Assembly: GCA_046881885.1 (NCBI GenBank)
Contig: JBKSMP010000005.1
Span: 1 to 28,039, forward strand
Length of the DNA stretch: 28,039 nt
Source of the DNA: Opitutales bacterium
GTDB taxonomy: Bacteria; Verrucomicrobiota; Verrucomicrobiia; Opitutales; UBA9783
Direction: 5' to 3'
A program made the translations under genes and the position numbers. Every line of letters begins with the position of its first letter. Position 1 is the stretch's first letter. The notes under the pieces are model-generated. The model was not told where the DNA came from and made no database searches. It worked only from the letters and a program-made list of their open reading frames with translations. Below are positions 6,636-15,610 of the stretch, piece by piece.

Positions 6636-8390
6636 TTACTTTTTATTTGCCTTTGCTTTCTGTTTTAGAGCTGCTGTACGATTTTTGGAAGAAACACCTG
6701 TATTGGGTACTGTTACACGGTAACGACCAATCTTGTTCTTGATCAAACGTTTCGCTTTGTGAGCCTTTCTGCGTGCTAAAACATCATCCAACTTATTTTG
6801 AAGGGCATGAATATCCTTGTAAATCTTAGCTTCTTGTTCTGGCAAATCGACTTCACCCGGCAAATCTTTATCCGTCATACCAGCCTCAAACATACGCTTG
6901 CGAGAGATGTTTTTAATACCTTGTTGATGTGGATAAAGAATGGTACCATCATAAGCAATCTGGGTTGCCGATAAGAAGATCATCAAATTAGTAAGTTCAT
7001 CTTTTTTGCTTTTGTTGGAAAAGATGGTGCCAATAAGCGGCAATTCACCTAAAAATGGAACTTTTGTCTTTGTATTCGTTTTAGATTGCGACATCAAACC
7101 ACCAATAGCAATTGCATAACCACTTTTAATGGTAACTACACTGCTTGTCTTTTTCTCAGCGATTTTAGGATAACTGACGCTTGTTCCAGATCCTGATGTA
7201 AATGGTACCGTTCCATCTTGAGTTGACAAGCTTGGAGCTAATTTCAACGTAATATACTCTGCTTGAACTTTTGGCGTAACATCTAATTGAATACCGATAG
7301 GCTTTTCTTCAAATCCACTGATTTCAAATTGTCCCTGATCGGAGTTATAAGAATAGTTAGGGATTGGGTACTTTGTAATAACACTCATCGACGCTGGAAC
7401 GTTATTCATAGTAATAATCGTCGGATTGGACAAGGTCTTTCCAATATCATCCGTCTTTGAAAAATTAAAGGTAGAATTCAAGGTCTTAACGAAAAGACTA
7501 TGTCCCTTTAACGCTTTGCTATGATTGATGCCCCAAGTAGCCTGTCCATGAGTATCGCTTTGAGTTGTCGTAGTTTTACTACCTTCTGTAGTTGATGTAC
7601 TTTCGCTTGTTGCCCCAGTTTGATCTAAATAAGCACTCAAGCTTGCAGGCCATTGAATACCAAAATCATCTGAAAAGTTATTATGGGCTTCAACGAACTT
7701 AGCTTCAATCATGACTTGCGTTTCAGGTTTATCGAGTTGTTGGATAATGGTTTCCACTTGTTGTAAATTCTTACTACGACCGGTCCAAATGAGCATATTG
7801 GTACGTTCATTAAATGTTACGCGTTCTTTGTTCTCTTTATCGACAAATTCAGCCAATTCTGTTACTAAAGTCTTCGCATCTGCAAACTTCAACAAAAAGG
7901 TTTTAGTTTGCAAAGGTTCTTGCAACATCGTCTCTGCAGAGCCGATTTGAACAATTCCTTTATTTTCTACATAACTGCATCCTAATGGCGCCAAAACCGC
8001 TTCCAATAATGCTTGCCATGTAACATCTTTGAGACGAATGGTAACTTTACCGGTTAGAGATGTTGGAATGATAATATTCAAATCATATAATTCTGAAATA
8101 TAACGTAAAACCTGCTTGATATCCTCATCGATAAAGTCTACCGATACACGACTCGCATTGCCCGGCCTCATGTCAGGAACCTCTTTATCATCATCAAAGG
8201 TTACAACAATGTTACCCGAAGAAAAAAATTGTTCTTTATCATACTGTTCAGCTTTCTGGCCATTGTCTGGCGTTACCTTAACCTCTTTCAATTCATCAAA
8301 TGATGGTAAATTAAAGATGGAATCTTTAGCATGTAGGAATCCCTGTAAACTACAGGTTATCATTAATAATAATATGGTTTTTAGTTTCAT
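6636..8390 (-). CDS. pilQ: secretin (PilQ-type by operon context)
   Basis: Signal peptide, then an N0-like domain (VSVDFIDEDIKQVLRYISELYDLNIIIP..VTIRLKDVTWQALLEAVL) and an N1-like domain. The secretin core shows LSNPTIITMNNVPASMSV and VPFLGELPLIGTIFSNKSKKDELTNLMIFLSATQI. It is the last gene of the five-gene operon. Confidence 0.85.
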   Translation of the reverse strand: MKLKTILLLMITCSLQGFLHAKDSIFNLPSFDELKEVKVTPDNGQKAEQYDKEQFFSSGNIVVTFDDDKEVPDMRPGNASRVSVDFIDEDIKQVLRYISELYDLNIIIPTSLTGKVTIRLKDVTWQALLEAVLAPLGCSYVENKGIVQIGSAETMLQEPLQTKTFLLKFADAKTLVTELAEFVDKENKERVTFNERTNMLIWTGRSKNLQQVETIIQQLDKPETQVMIEAKFVEAHNNFSDDFGIQWPASLSAYLDQTGATSESTSTTEGSKTTTTQSDTHGQATWGINHSKALKGHSLFVKTLNSTFNFSKTDDIGKTLSNPTIITMNNVPASMSVITKYPIPNYSYNSDQGQFEISGFEEKPIGIQLDVTPKVQAEYITLKLAPSLSTQDGTVPFTSGSGTSVSYPKIAEKKTSSVVTIKSGYAIAIGGLMSQSKTNTKTKVPFLGELPLIGTIFSNKSKKDELTNLMIFLSATQIAYDGTILYPHQQGIKNISRKRMFEAGMTDKDLPGEVDLPEQEAKIYKDIHALQNKLDDVLARRKAHKAKRLIKNKIGRYRVTVPNTGVSSKNRTAALKQKAKANKK

Positions 8391-8393
8391 AGT

Positions 8394-8894
8394 CTAATAA
8401 TTAAAGGTGAGTGTGTGATTGTTTAGGTTTAAAGTAAATTTGTCCTCTTCAACACTAACAAGTGTTATTGTAAACGTCATTCCATTGTAATTTGCAAAGA
8501 AACTGTCACCAGCTTTAAGGGTACGATGCCCATTAATACACAATACATATTGCTGATCAAAGAAAACTTTACCTTGGGGCTTTAACGCACGTCCTATCTG
8601 ATTCAAAATAACCCATTCATCTGCAGACGGTCTTTCGGGTTCTTTAACAACAATTTCTTCAATAATCGGAATTTCTTCTTCTATTATTTCTTTGTAAAGG
8701 AATACGTTATTCAAGGGTTTTTCGGGCAATGTAGGCTTAAAAGCATTTGCCAAAAATTCTTTACACGTTGTGACGGCGGTTTGACGTTCTTGTTGTGTTA
8801 AAAGAGCTGTTTTTGCTTTAGCCTTTGTTTTCTTTCGAGGAGCCGCCTCTACCTGCAAAACACTTAACAGTAAAATAAGTATGAACTTAAGCAT
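8394..8894 (-). CDS. PilP-position periplasmic protein (assignment positional)
   Basis: 166 aa with signal peptide MLKFILILLLSVLQVEA/AP, a Lys-rich linker and a beta-rich C-terminal domain. It overlaps the upstream gene by 8 nt (ATGCTTAA) and lies 3 nt from the secretin start. Confidence 0.4.
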   Translation of the reverse strand: MLKFILILLLSVLQVEAAPRKKTKAKAKTALLTQQERQTAVTTCKEFLANAFKPTLPEKPLNNVFLYKEIIEEEIPIIEEIVVKEPERPSADEWVILNQIGRALKPQGKVFFDQQYVLCINGHRTLKAGDSFFANYNGMTFTITLVSVEEDKFTLNLNNHTLTFNY

Positions 8895-9543
8895 TGGCGT
8901 CCTCCTTCAATGAAATTTTCCCAAGAATAGAAAAAACAAGATTTACATTTAAATCATTCCTTACGATTTCACCATCCTTATTATTGGTTTCTCCTTGACG
9001 AATATCTAACTGTTTTAAACGAATCAAGCGATCCAATTGCTCCATTTGTTTTAAAAAGGCCATCAAATTCTTAAAATTTGTTTTAAATGCCATTGTATAT
9101 TCCACTAAAATAATATCCCCATTAAAAGAGCTCAAATCTTGTTCCAAGGTAAGGCTTTGTTTTTTTATCAAATTATAAGATTTTGTAATCGAATTTGTAG
9201 AAGTAATTTGATGTCCCTTAAGAATCTCATTCAATCGATTAAAAAATTTATACGTAGATGTATTTTTACCAAAATTTAAACATTTTTTGAAAATATCCGC
9301 TTTAATTCCATCTAAATGCTTCAAATCGGCATCTACAGTACGTAACATATTGATTTGCTTTTCCATTTGCTTCACCTGCAGATTAATGGAATCCATCTGG
9401 GAAGAAATTTCATCACAAGTCGCACTAAAATTGTTACGTAAAATGAACAACACAATACTTGCAATCGCCAAAGTACACATCAGTTTATTGTTTTTTATAA
9501 ACTGCTTAATATCTTCTATAGTGATGTTAGATAAGCTATTCAT
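8887..9543 (-). CDS. PilO-position bitopic membrane protein with coiled coil (assignment positional)
   Basis: 218 aa with a single TM (LMCTLAIASIVLFIL), followed by a coiled-coil-like segment (QMDSINLQVKQMEKQINMLRTV). Overlaps by 8 nt on both sides. Confidence 0.4.
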   Translation of the reverse strand: MNSLSNITIEDIKQFIKNNKLMCTLAIASIVLFILRNNFSATCDEISSQMDSINLQVKQMEKQINMLRTVDADLKHLDGIKADIFKKCLNFGKNTSTYKFFNRLNEILKGHQITSTNSITKSYNLIKKQSLTLEQDLSSFNGDIILVEYTMAFKTNFKNLMAFLKQMEQLDRLIRLKQLDIRQGETNNKDGEIVRNDLNVNLVFSILGKISLKEDANA

Positions 9544-10171
9544 TCGATTGTATTGTCAGTTGAAAGTTAATTTCGTCGGATGCACTTCCGTTATTATTGG
9601 TAATTTGCAAAAATCCCTTACATCCCTTTTCGATCGTTTTTAAAGATGCAAAATTTAGAACTTCTTCTTTATATTGATCCAAAAAAGTTACATCATCTTT
9701 TAATTTACCATATAATTGAATTTCTATAGGTTGACGCGTACTATTTGCACTTACATCTTTATTATCTTTGATCGTAATGTTTGAAAACCGAAGATTTTCT
9801 CCCTTATGAGCCGCTAATTCGGAAAAAAATTCCAAAACACCAAAAGGTGATGTATACCCCTGTATAATACCTAATAACTCATTTTTTCGTTGCACAAAAG
9901 TCTGATTAGAGGCAACCATTTGCTTAGTTTTTGCGGAATGTTGCGCAATAAATCCTTTTTGTCGTTCGTAGTCTCCTTGCTTACTTAGCTTTTCAAAAAA
10001 ACTAAAAACACATAATAGTCCAAATAATAACGTAGTTGCAGCTAATCCATAAATAATGTAAACACGGATAGCATTAAACGTAGCATCATTGGCTAATGCG
10101 GAATCCCTAAAATCAACTTGCCAAGGATTTCCTTCATTTAACAATTTAAAACTCTTTAAGTCCAATTTCAT
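9536..10171 (-). CDS. PilN-position bitopic membrane protein (assignment positional)
   Basis: 211 aa with a short cytoplasmic N-terminus (..FKLLNEGNPWQ.., loosely recalling the INLLPWR PilM-binding motif). One TM helix (IYIIYGLAATTLLFGLLCVFSFF). TAATG overlap with the upstream gene. Confidence 0.4.
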   Translation of the reverse strand: MKLDLKSFKLLNEGNPWQVDFRDSALANDATFNAIRVYIIYGLAATTLLFGLLCVFSFFEKLSKQGDYERQKGFIAQHSAKTKQMVASNQTFVQRKNELLGIIQGYTSPFGVLEFFSELAAHKGENLRFSNITIKDNKDVSANSTRQPIEIQLYGKLKDDVTFLDQYKEEVLNFASLKTIEKGCKGFLQITNNNGSASDEINFQLTIQSNE

Positions 10172-11217
10172 TAATTTACATCCTGTAGGATAGCACTTAT
10201 CATGCCAAACCAGTTATCATTTGATAATTTTTTTAAACTTGCATCGGAATCAAAACTTATTTTCCGTTTTTCAAACCAATTTTTATAATCTAATTTTAAC
10301 GGAGCAATTTCCAATGCTTTAGAAAGTGCTTCTCGTAACCAGCTCATCTTATCGGGAAGTCCTACAAAAAATAACGAATCAATTGTATCTCCTGCTTGTA
10401 CCTCAAAAAAGTCTATATAAGATTTTATGTCTGAAATCATACGCTGAAGCAATTGCGAGACAGCTTCATGATTTGGAGAAATTTCTGATGTAATAAAACG
10501 ATAAGTACTAATATCATCTGGCAAATTACATTCTTTACGCGCCAAACTCAGTAGATTTTTAAAGCCATGCGTAGGTGGATAAGCTGCTAAAATTTTATCG
10601 CCTCCAACCACATACACGCAAGATCGTTGCATTGAAAAATCAATGATCATAACCGGCTTTTTAAAATTAAACGTACGATTGTAATCACCTAAGCCAAAGG
10701 GTATTGCTAACGAAGTAAAATATAACTTTTGCAGAAAAACGCGTGCATGCATCATTTCCTCTTGAATATTTTTCAATTCACTTTTTTGTGCACCTACAAT
10801 ACAGATATTTTCTGGAATTTCTTTTGTTTTTTCATTCACTTCAATCCCTGTATCGGCAGACAAAACCGCTACTTTGTTTTGAACCAAATCTACATTGAAT
10901 CGCTCCTTAATTAAAACCGATAATCCACGTATACCTTGATTTTTCACCTTTGGCTCCAGCTTCGTCCGATAAATAAACTGTGAAGTCGGTTGCACATGAT
11001 AAATCGCCTTTTTATACGAAGATAATGTTTTTAAAATGCTACCATCCAAATACGCACTATCCCTAAAGATATTATTTTCAAAAGCAATGGGCTTAATGAT
11101 TTTTATAGACTTATTTCTGCCTTTCGCAACCGATGCACTCAAAGCATAAAACGGTGAACCTTCGATAAATGCTTGCCCAGAATTGAAAAGTCCTGTTAGT
11201 TTAGATAAAAACGCCAT
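10171..11217 (-). CDS. PilM-position cytoplasmic protein, divergent actin/FtsA-like fold suspected
   Basis: 348 aa with no TM helix, first gene of the operon. VMIIDFSMQRSCVYVVGGDKIL resembles the second phosphate motif of PilM/FtsA-type ATPases. I see no N-terminal DxG phosphate-1 motif. Confidence 0.5.
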   Translation of the reverse strand: MAFLSKLTGLFNSGQAFIEGSPFYALSASVAKGRNKSIKIIKPIAFENNIFRDSAYLDGSILKTLSSYKKAIYHVQPTSQFIYRTKLEPKVKNQGIRGLSVLIKERFNVDLVQNKVAVLSADTGIEVNEKTKEIPENICIVGAQKSELKNIQEEMMHARVFLQKLYFTSLAIPFGLGDYNRTFNFKKPVMIIDFSMQRSCVYVVGGDKILAAYPPTHGFKNLLSLARKECNLPDDISTYRFITSEISPNHEAVSQLLQRMISDIKSYIDFFEVQAGDTIDSLFFVGLPDKMSWLREALSKALEIAPLKLDYKNWFEKRKISFDSDASLKKLSNDNWFGMISAILQDVN

Positions 11218-11355
11218 GTAATAATTCTAACAATTGCACCTCAAAATTGCAAGCGATTTGTAAACATATAGAGAAACTTTATAAAGTCAAATACCTTACT
11301 ATCTAATAATACAAGAAAATTTTACTGTAAATAAGACAAAAACTTCCCAATATAC

Positions 11356-11377
11356 TGCAACTTATAAGAAAATTTTT
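11356..11377 (-). repeat. copy of dispersed AT-rich motif AAAAATTTTCTTATAAGTTGCA directly after the mnmA stop
   Basis: The minus-strand reading is TAA-TTAGG-AAAAATTTTCTTATAAGTTGCA. It matches 20 of 23 positions of the element at 23866-23888. Confidence 0.5.
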
Positions 11378-11382
11378 CCTAA

Positions 11383-12471
11383 TTACAAAATTTCCTGGTA
11401 AATTCCACCACCAATAAGGATATCATCTCGATAAAAAGCGATGGCTTGACCGGTAGCTAAAGCACGTTGAGCTTGTGCAAATTCGATTTCGGCTACGGAA
11501 TCGGAAATCCAATGCCAAGTAATTTCTTGTGAAGTGTCACGATAACGTGGTTTGGCCAACAATTTTTCGCCATTTTTCGGTTTTTCTTCTAAAAAATTTA
11601 GACCAAAAATACGGGCTTTTTGGGCATACAAACCTTTTGTCTCCAGATGGTCAAAACCGACCATTAAACGGCCTGTAGTATAATCTTTAGCAACAACCAC
11701 GTAATGCTCAAAATCACAGTTCGAAGGCACATCAATCCCTTTTCTTTGACCTATTGTGAACCGATGCAATCCACGATGTTGCCCTAAAATCTTACCCTCC
11801 AGATTTACAATTTCTCCGGGAGTATCTGGCACATATTTTTCTAAAAATTGATTAATCGAGACCTTGCTACTGCCCAAAAAACAAATCCCTTGGCTATCCT
11901 TACGTTGTGCATTAGGAAGGCCGATTTTTTGAGCTAAATTACGTACTTCTGGCTTCGTAATCTCGCCCAAAGGGAAATGTACGTTTCTCAAATTTTCACG
12001 CTTTACCAAACACAAGAAAAAACTTTGATCCTTATTGGAATCCAAACCTTCTGCTAATGAAAACGAGCCCCTATCGCTACTTATTTTCCTACAATAATGC
12101 CCTGTAGCTAATCCATCAAACTGATTGCGTGTCATATGTTCCACCAATACGCCAAACTTAATGTAACGATTGCACATGACATCCGGATTTGGAGTTTGTC
12201 CCGAACGGTAACCTTCAATCAAATAATCGACAACTTTTTTGCGATAAATATCAATAAAATTGATAATTTCAAAAGGGATTTGCAAACATTCTGCTACGGA
12301 CCGTGCAGCTGCCAAATCCTCACGCCAAGGACATTCTTTCCATAATTCCGTTTCGTTTTGCCAAGAACGAAAAAAAACACCGTGTACCTGATAACCTTGT
12401 TCTTTGAGTAAATAAGCGGCTATGGCGCTATCAACGCCTCCGGATAACGCCACTAAAATCCGCTTACTCAT
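11383..12471 (-). CDS. mnmA: tRNA-specific 2-thiouridylase MnmA
   Basis: PP-loop ILVALSGGVDSAIAAYLL, plus NPDVMCN, KDQSFFL, KDSQGICF and the C-terminal GQAIAFY. 362 aa. Confidence 0.95.
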   Translation of the reverse strand: MSKRILVALSGGVDSAIAAYLLKEQGYQVHGVFFRSWQNETELWKECPWREDLAAARSVAECLQIPFEIINFIDIYRKKVVDYLIEGYRSGQTPNPDVMCNRYIKFGVLVEHMTRNQFDGLATGHYCRKISSDRGSFSLAEGLDSNKDQSFFLCLVKRENLRNVHFPLGEITKPEVRNLAQKIGLPNAQRKDSQGICFLGSSKVSINQFLEKYVPDTPGEIVNLEGKILGQHRGLHRFTIGQRKGIDVPSNCDFEHYVVVAKDYTTGRLMVGFDHLETKGLYAQKARIFGLNFLEEKPKNGEKLLAKPRYRDTSQEITWHWISDSVAEIEFAQAQRALATGQAIAFYRDDILIGGGIYQEIL

Positions 12472-15400
12472 TCAGATTTTCGACCTCTGTCTTACAAAAA
12501 CGATTCATTCCTAAATACACAACAGGGGTCACAAACAAGGTCAGAATTTGAGCAAAAATAAGGCCACCTGCTACACATAAGCCCAAAGGAATACGCGAAG
12601 CACCGTCTGCTCCTAAGCCCAATGCAATCGGCAAAATACCAAAAACAGTACTTACGGTTGTCATCAAAATCGGACGAAAACGATCGCAACAGGCATTTAA
12701 AATGGCCTCTTCCGGGCTTTGACCTAAACGCTGCTTTTCAACGGCAAAATCAACCAATATAATACCATTTTTCTTAATAATACCCATCAACATGAATAAT
12801 CCGATAAAGGCATACAAAGAAAATTCTGCATTAAAGACATAAAGCGTCAGCAAACCACCCGCCAAAGCTACTGGTAAGGTTGACAAAACTGTCAATGGAT
12901 GAATCCAATGCTCATATAAGCATCCCAACACAACATACATGACAAAGATAGCCACAAAGAGCAAAAACGTCAAACTCTTCATGGATTGCTGGAATTCTTT
13001 CGACTCACCTCCTAACATGCCATCAACACCATTCGTACAAACGTCTTTGGCAATTGCTTCAATGGATTCAAGCGTTTGGCTCAACGCAACTTTACCATTG
13101 AGGTTGAAAAAGATATCTGCTGAAGGGAAATTATTTTTATGGAAAACGCTTACAGGACCTACATTACGCTTTATATCCACTAAAGCATCCATAGGTATAG
13201 AACGACCACCTGCGTTTGCAATACTCAATGAATCCATATGTTGCAAAGAACGACGTTGAGCTCGCTGAGAAGCCACAATCACTTCATATTGCTCCATATC
13301 CCCTTTAATCAAATACGAATAATTCAAGGAAAGTCCTTCTTTTATCGTATTTTCAAGCGCATAAGGTGTAAGTCCATATTGGAACAAGCGACGACGATTG
13401 TAGTGAACATCCAAAACAGGATCATTTAACTCAACGTTGCAATTCAGTGAACGTGGATCAATACCAGGAACAGAAGCAAAACGTTTAACCAATTCTTGCG
13501 CAGCTTTATTGACTTCATCAGCTTCCATACCGGTTACCGTATAAACATATTTACCACGGCGATTATCCGCAGAACTTGTCTGAATTTCCAAAACAGGTAT
13601 TGGTTTAATTAAGGGTAAAATCCCTGGAACTTGGAACAACATGCCTTGCAACTCTCTGCATAAGGTATTGATAGAAACATCTTTTCCACCACTCAAAGAT
13701 TTGCGCTCTTCTAAATCTTTCAAAACAATTAAGCAAACACCTTGGTTGCCTGCCATAAACTGCCCAATACCACTCGCATTCATCGTAACTTTAACGGCAG
13801 GATGCTTAGAAACAACAGACTTTATCTGCTCTTGATACCGATGCATTTGATCCGGAGATGTTCCCGTCTGAGCCATAAAAACCCCCATGATTGCAGAACT
13901 ATCACCAGCAGGCAAAAAAGTTTTTGGAATAGAGATAAATAAGGAAACCCCCAATATAACGCAAGCTGTCCAAACCCACCAGGAAATCCAACGATGCTCA
14001 AAAAACCAGTGTAAACGCTTACGATACCATTTCAAGAAGCCGTGTTCTAAATTATAAGCAAAACGCTCAATCAAGGTTTTATCATCTTTTTTATGCTTCT
14101 TAAGGAAACGTGCACACATAACCGGTGTTACCGTCAAGGAAACCAATCCTGATGCAAGAATAGAGACAACAATCGTTACAGAAAATTCACGGAATACACG
14201 ACCGATTTGCCCATCCATAAAAATCAAAGGGATAAAGGTCGCCATTAATGAAAAGGTCATCGACAAAATCGTAAAGCTGATTTCGGAAGCCCCCTTAAAG
14301 GCCGCCTCTAATGGCCCCATTCCTGCTTCCATATGTCGTACCACATTTTCCAAAAACACGATAGCATCGTCCACCAAAAATCCAATCGCCAGGGTCAACG
14401 CCATCAAGGACAAATTATCAAGGCTGTATCCCAATTGCTTCATTACAATAAAGGTAATCAAAAGCGATAAAGGCATTGCCACCACAGGAATAATGGTTTC
14501 TCGGACACGACCTAAGAACAAAAAGATGACGATAGCCACTAATATAAATGCAATAACGATCGTTTCTTTAACTTCATTAATGGAATCCAAAATACTTTTA
14601 GCTTTATCGTAAATAGGCAGCAATTTTACTGAAGGAGGCAAGGTTTTATAAAGATAAGGCAGCATCTCATTAATATGCGAAGATACTTCAACGGTATTAG
14701 CACCTGGAGCTTGGCTAACTGCTAAAACGATGATAGAATCCATATCAATACTTACACCACTTGCCCAAAACTTAACCTGAAAGTCTTCTTCTTGGAAACC
14801 ATCAACACATTGCGCAACATCTTTCAAATAAATAGCGCGTCCCTTAATGGTTTTAACAACGATTTCCCCGTATTCTTTGGCTTGTGTCAATTGCCCATCA
14901 GATGACAAAGTTAAGGTACTCGTCTCGCCTTTTAATCGCCCCATACTTAAAATCATCGTATGTTGTTGTATAGCACTGGTCACATCACTAACGGACAAGT
15001 TCAACAAACGCAACTTACGATTATCTAAGTGTACACGAACGGCACGCGGAACACCATATACCTGTACTTGAGATACACCTTCAACCTTATTAAGCTGCTG
15101 ACCGACTTTAGTCTTCGCATAATCATACAAAGCTGATCTAGTCATGCTATTGCTTACTAAAACCAAGAAATAAATCGGATCGCTATTAGGGTCCCGCTTG
15201 CGATATTGGGGTGTAGAGGGCAAATCTTTTGGTAATTTCCTCTGCGCACGTGTAATAGCGGCTTGAACTTCCATTGCTGCAACATCAATCGATTTATCGA
15301 GATCGAAGTTAAGCGTTAATGCAGTCGAACCCAAACGGCTTTCAGAAAGCACTTCATTCATTCCATCAATTTCCATGAATTCTTTTTCCAATGGACTTGC

Positions 15401-15592
15401 AATGGAATTAGCCATCATTTCCGAACTCATTCCAGGAAACGATGCTGACACCTGAATAACGGGATAATCAACTCTAGGAAGTGCACTCACAGGCAACTTG
15501 TGATAACAAGCAATTCCTAATAAAGTTACACTAATTGCTAACAAAATCGTAGCAATAGGCCGGCGAATAAACGGATCGCAAATACTTTTCAT
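12464..15592 (-). CDS. RND efflux permease, HAE1-type (AcrB/MdtC-like)
   Basis: 1042 aa with 12 TM helices. The N-terminus reads FIRRPIATILL. The TM4 motif LAIGFLVDDAIVFLENV is the VDDAIV type typical of multidrug rather than heavy-metal RND pumps. Confidence 0.95.
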   Translation of the reverse strand: MKSICDPFIRRPIATILLAISVTLLGIACYHKLPVSALPRVDYPVIQVSASFPGMSSEMMANSIASPLEKEFMEIDGMNEVLSESRLGSTALTLNFDLDKSIDVAAMEVQAAITRAQRKLPKDLPSTPQYRKRDPNSDPIYFLVLVSNSMTRSALYDYAKTKVGQQLNKVEGVSQVQVYGVPRAVRVHLDNRKLRLLNLSVSDVTSAIQQHTMILSMGRLKGETSTLTLSSDGQLTQAKEYGEIVVKTIKGRAIYLKDVAQCVDGFQEEDFQVKFWASGVSIDMDSIIVLAVSQAPGANTVEVSSHINEMLPYLYKTLPPSVKLLPIYDKAKSILDSINEVKETIVIAFILVAIVIFLFLGRVRETIIPVVAMPLSLLITFIVMKQLGYSLDNLSLMALTLAIGFLVDDAIVFLENVVRHMEAGMGPLEAAFKGASEISFTILSMTFSLMATFIPLIFMDGQIGRVFREFSVTIVVSILASGLVSLTVTPVMCARFLKKHKKDDKTLIERFAYNLEHGFLKWYRKRLHWFFEHRWISWWVWTACVILGVSLFISIPKTFLPAGDSSAIMGVFMAQTGTSPDQMHRYQEQIKSVVSKHPAVKVTMNASGIGQFMAGNQGVCLIVLKDLEERKSLSGGKDVSINTLCRELQGMLFQVPGILPLIKPIPVLEIQTSSADNRRGKYVYTVTGMEADEVNKAAQELVKRFASVPGIDPRSLNCNVELNDPVLDVHYNRRRLFQYGLTPYALENTIKEGLSLNYSYLIKGDMEQYEVIVASQRAQRRSLQHMDSLSIANAGGRSIPMDALVDIKRNVGPVSVFHKNNFPSADIFFNLNGKVALSQTLESIEAIAKDVCTNGVDGMLGGESKEFQQSMKSLTFLLFVAIFVMYVVLGCLYEHWIHPLTVLSTLPVALAGGLLTLYVFNAEFSLYAFIGLFMLMGIIKKNGIILVDFAVEKQRLGQSPEEAILNACCDRFRPILMTTVSTVFGILPIALGLGADGASRIPLGLCVAGGLIFAQILTLFVTPVVYLGMNRFCKTEVENLNE

Positions 15593-15610
15593 AAAAACCT
15601 CTCTTTCGGC

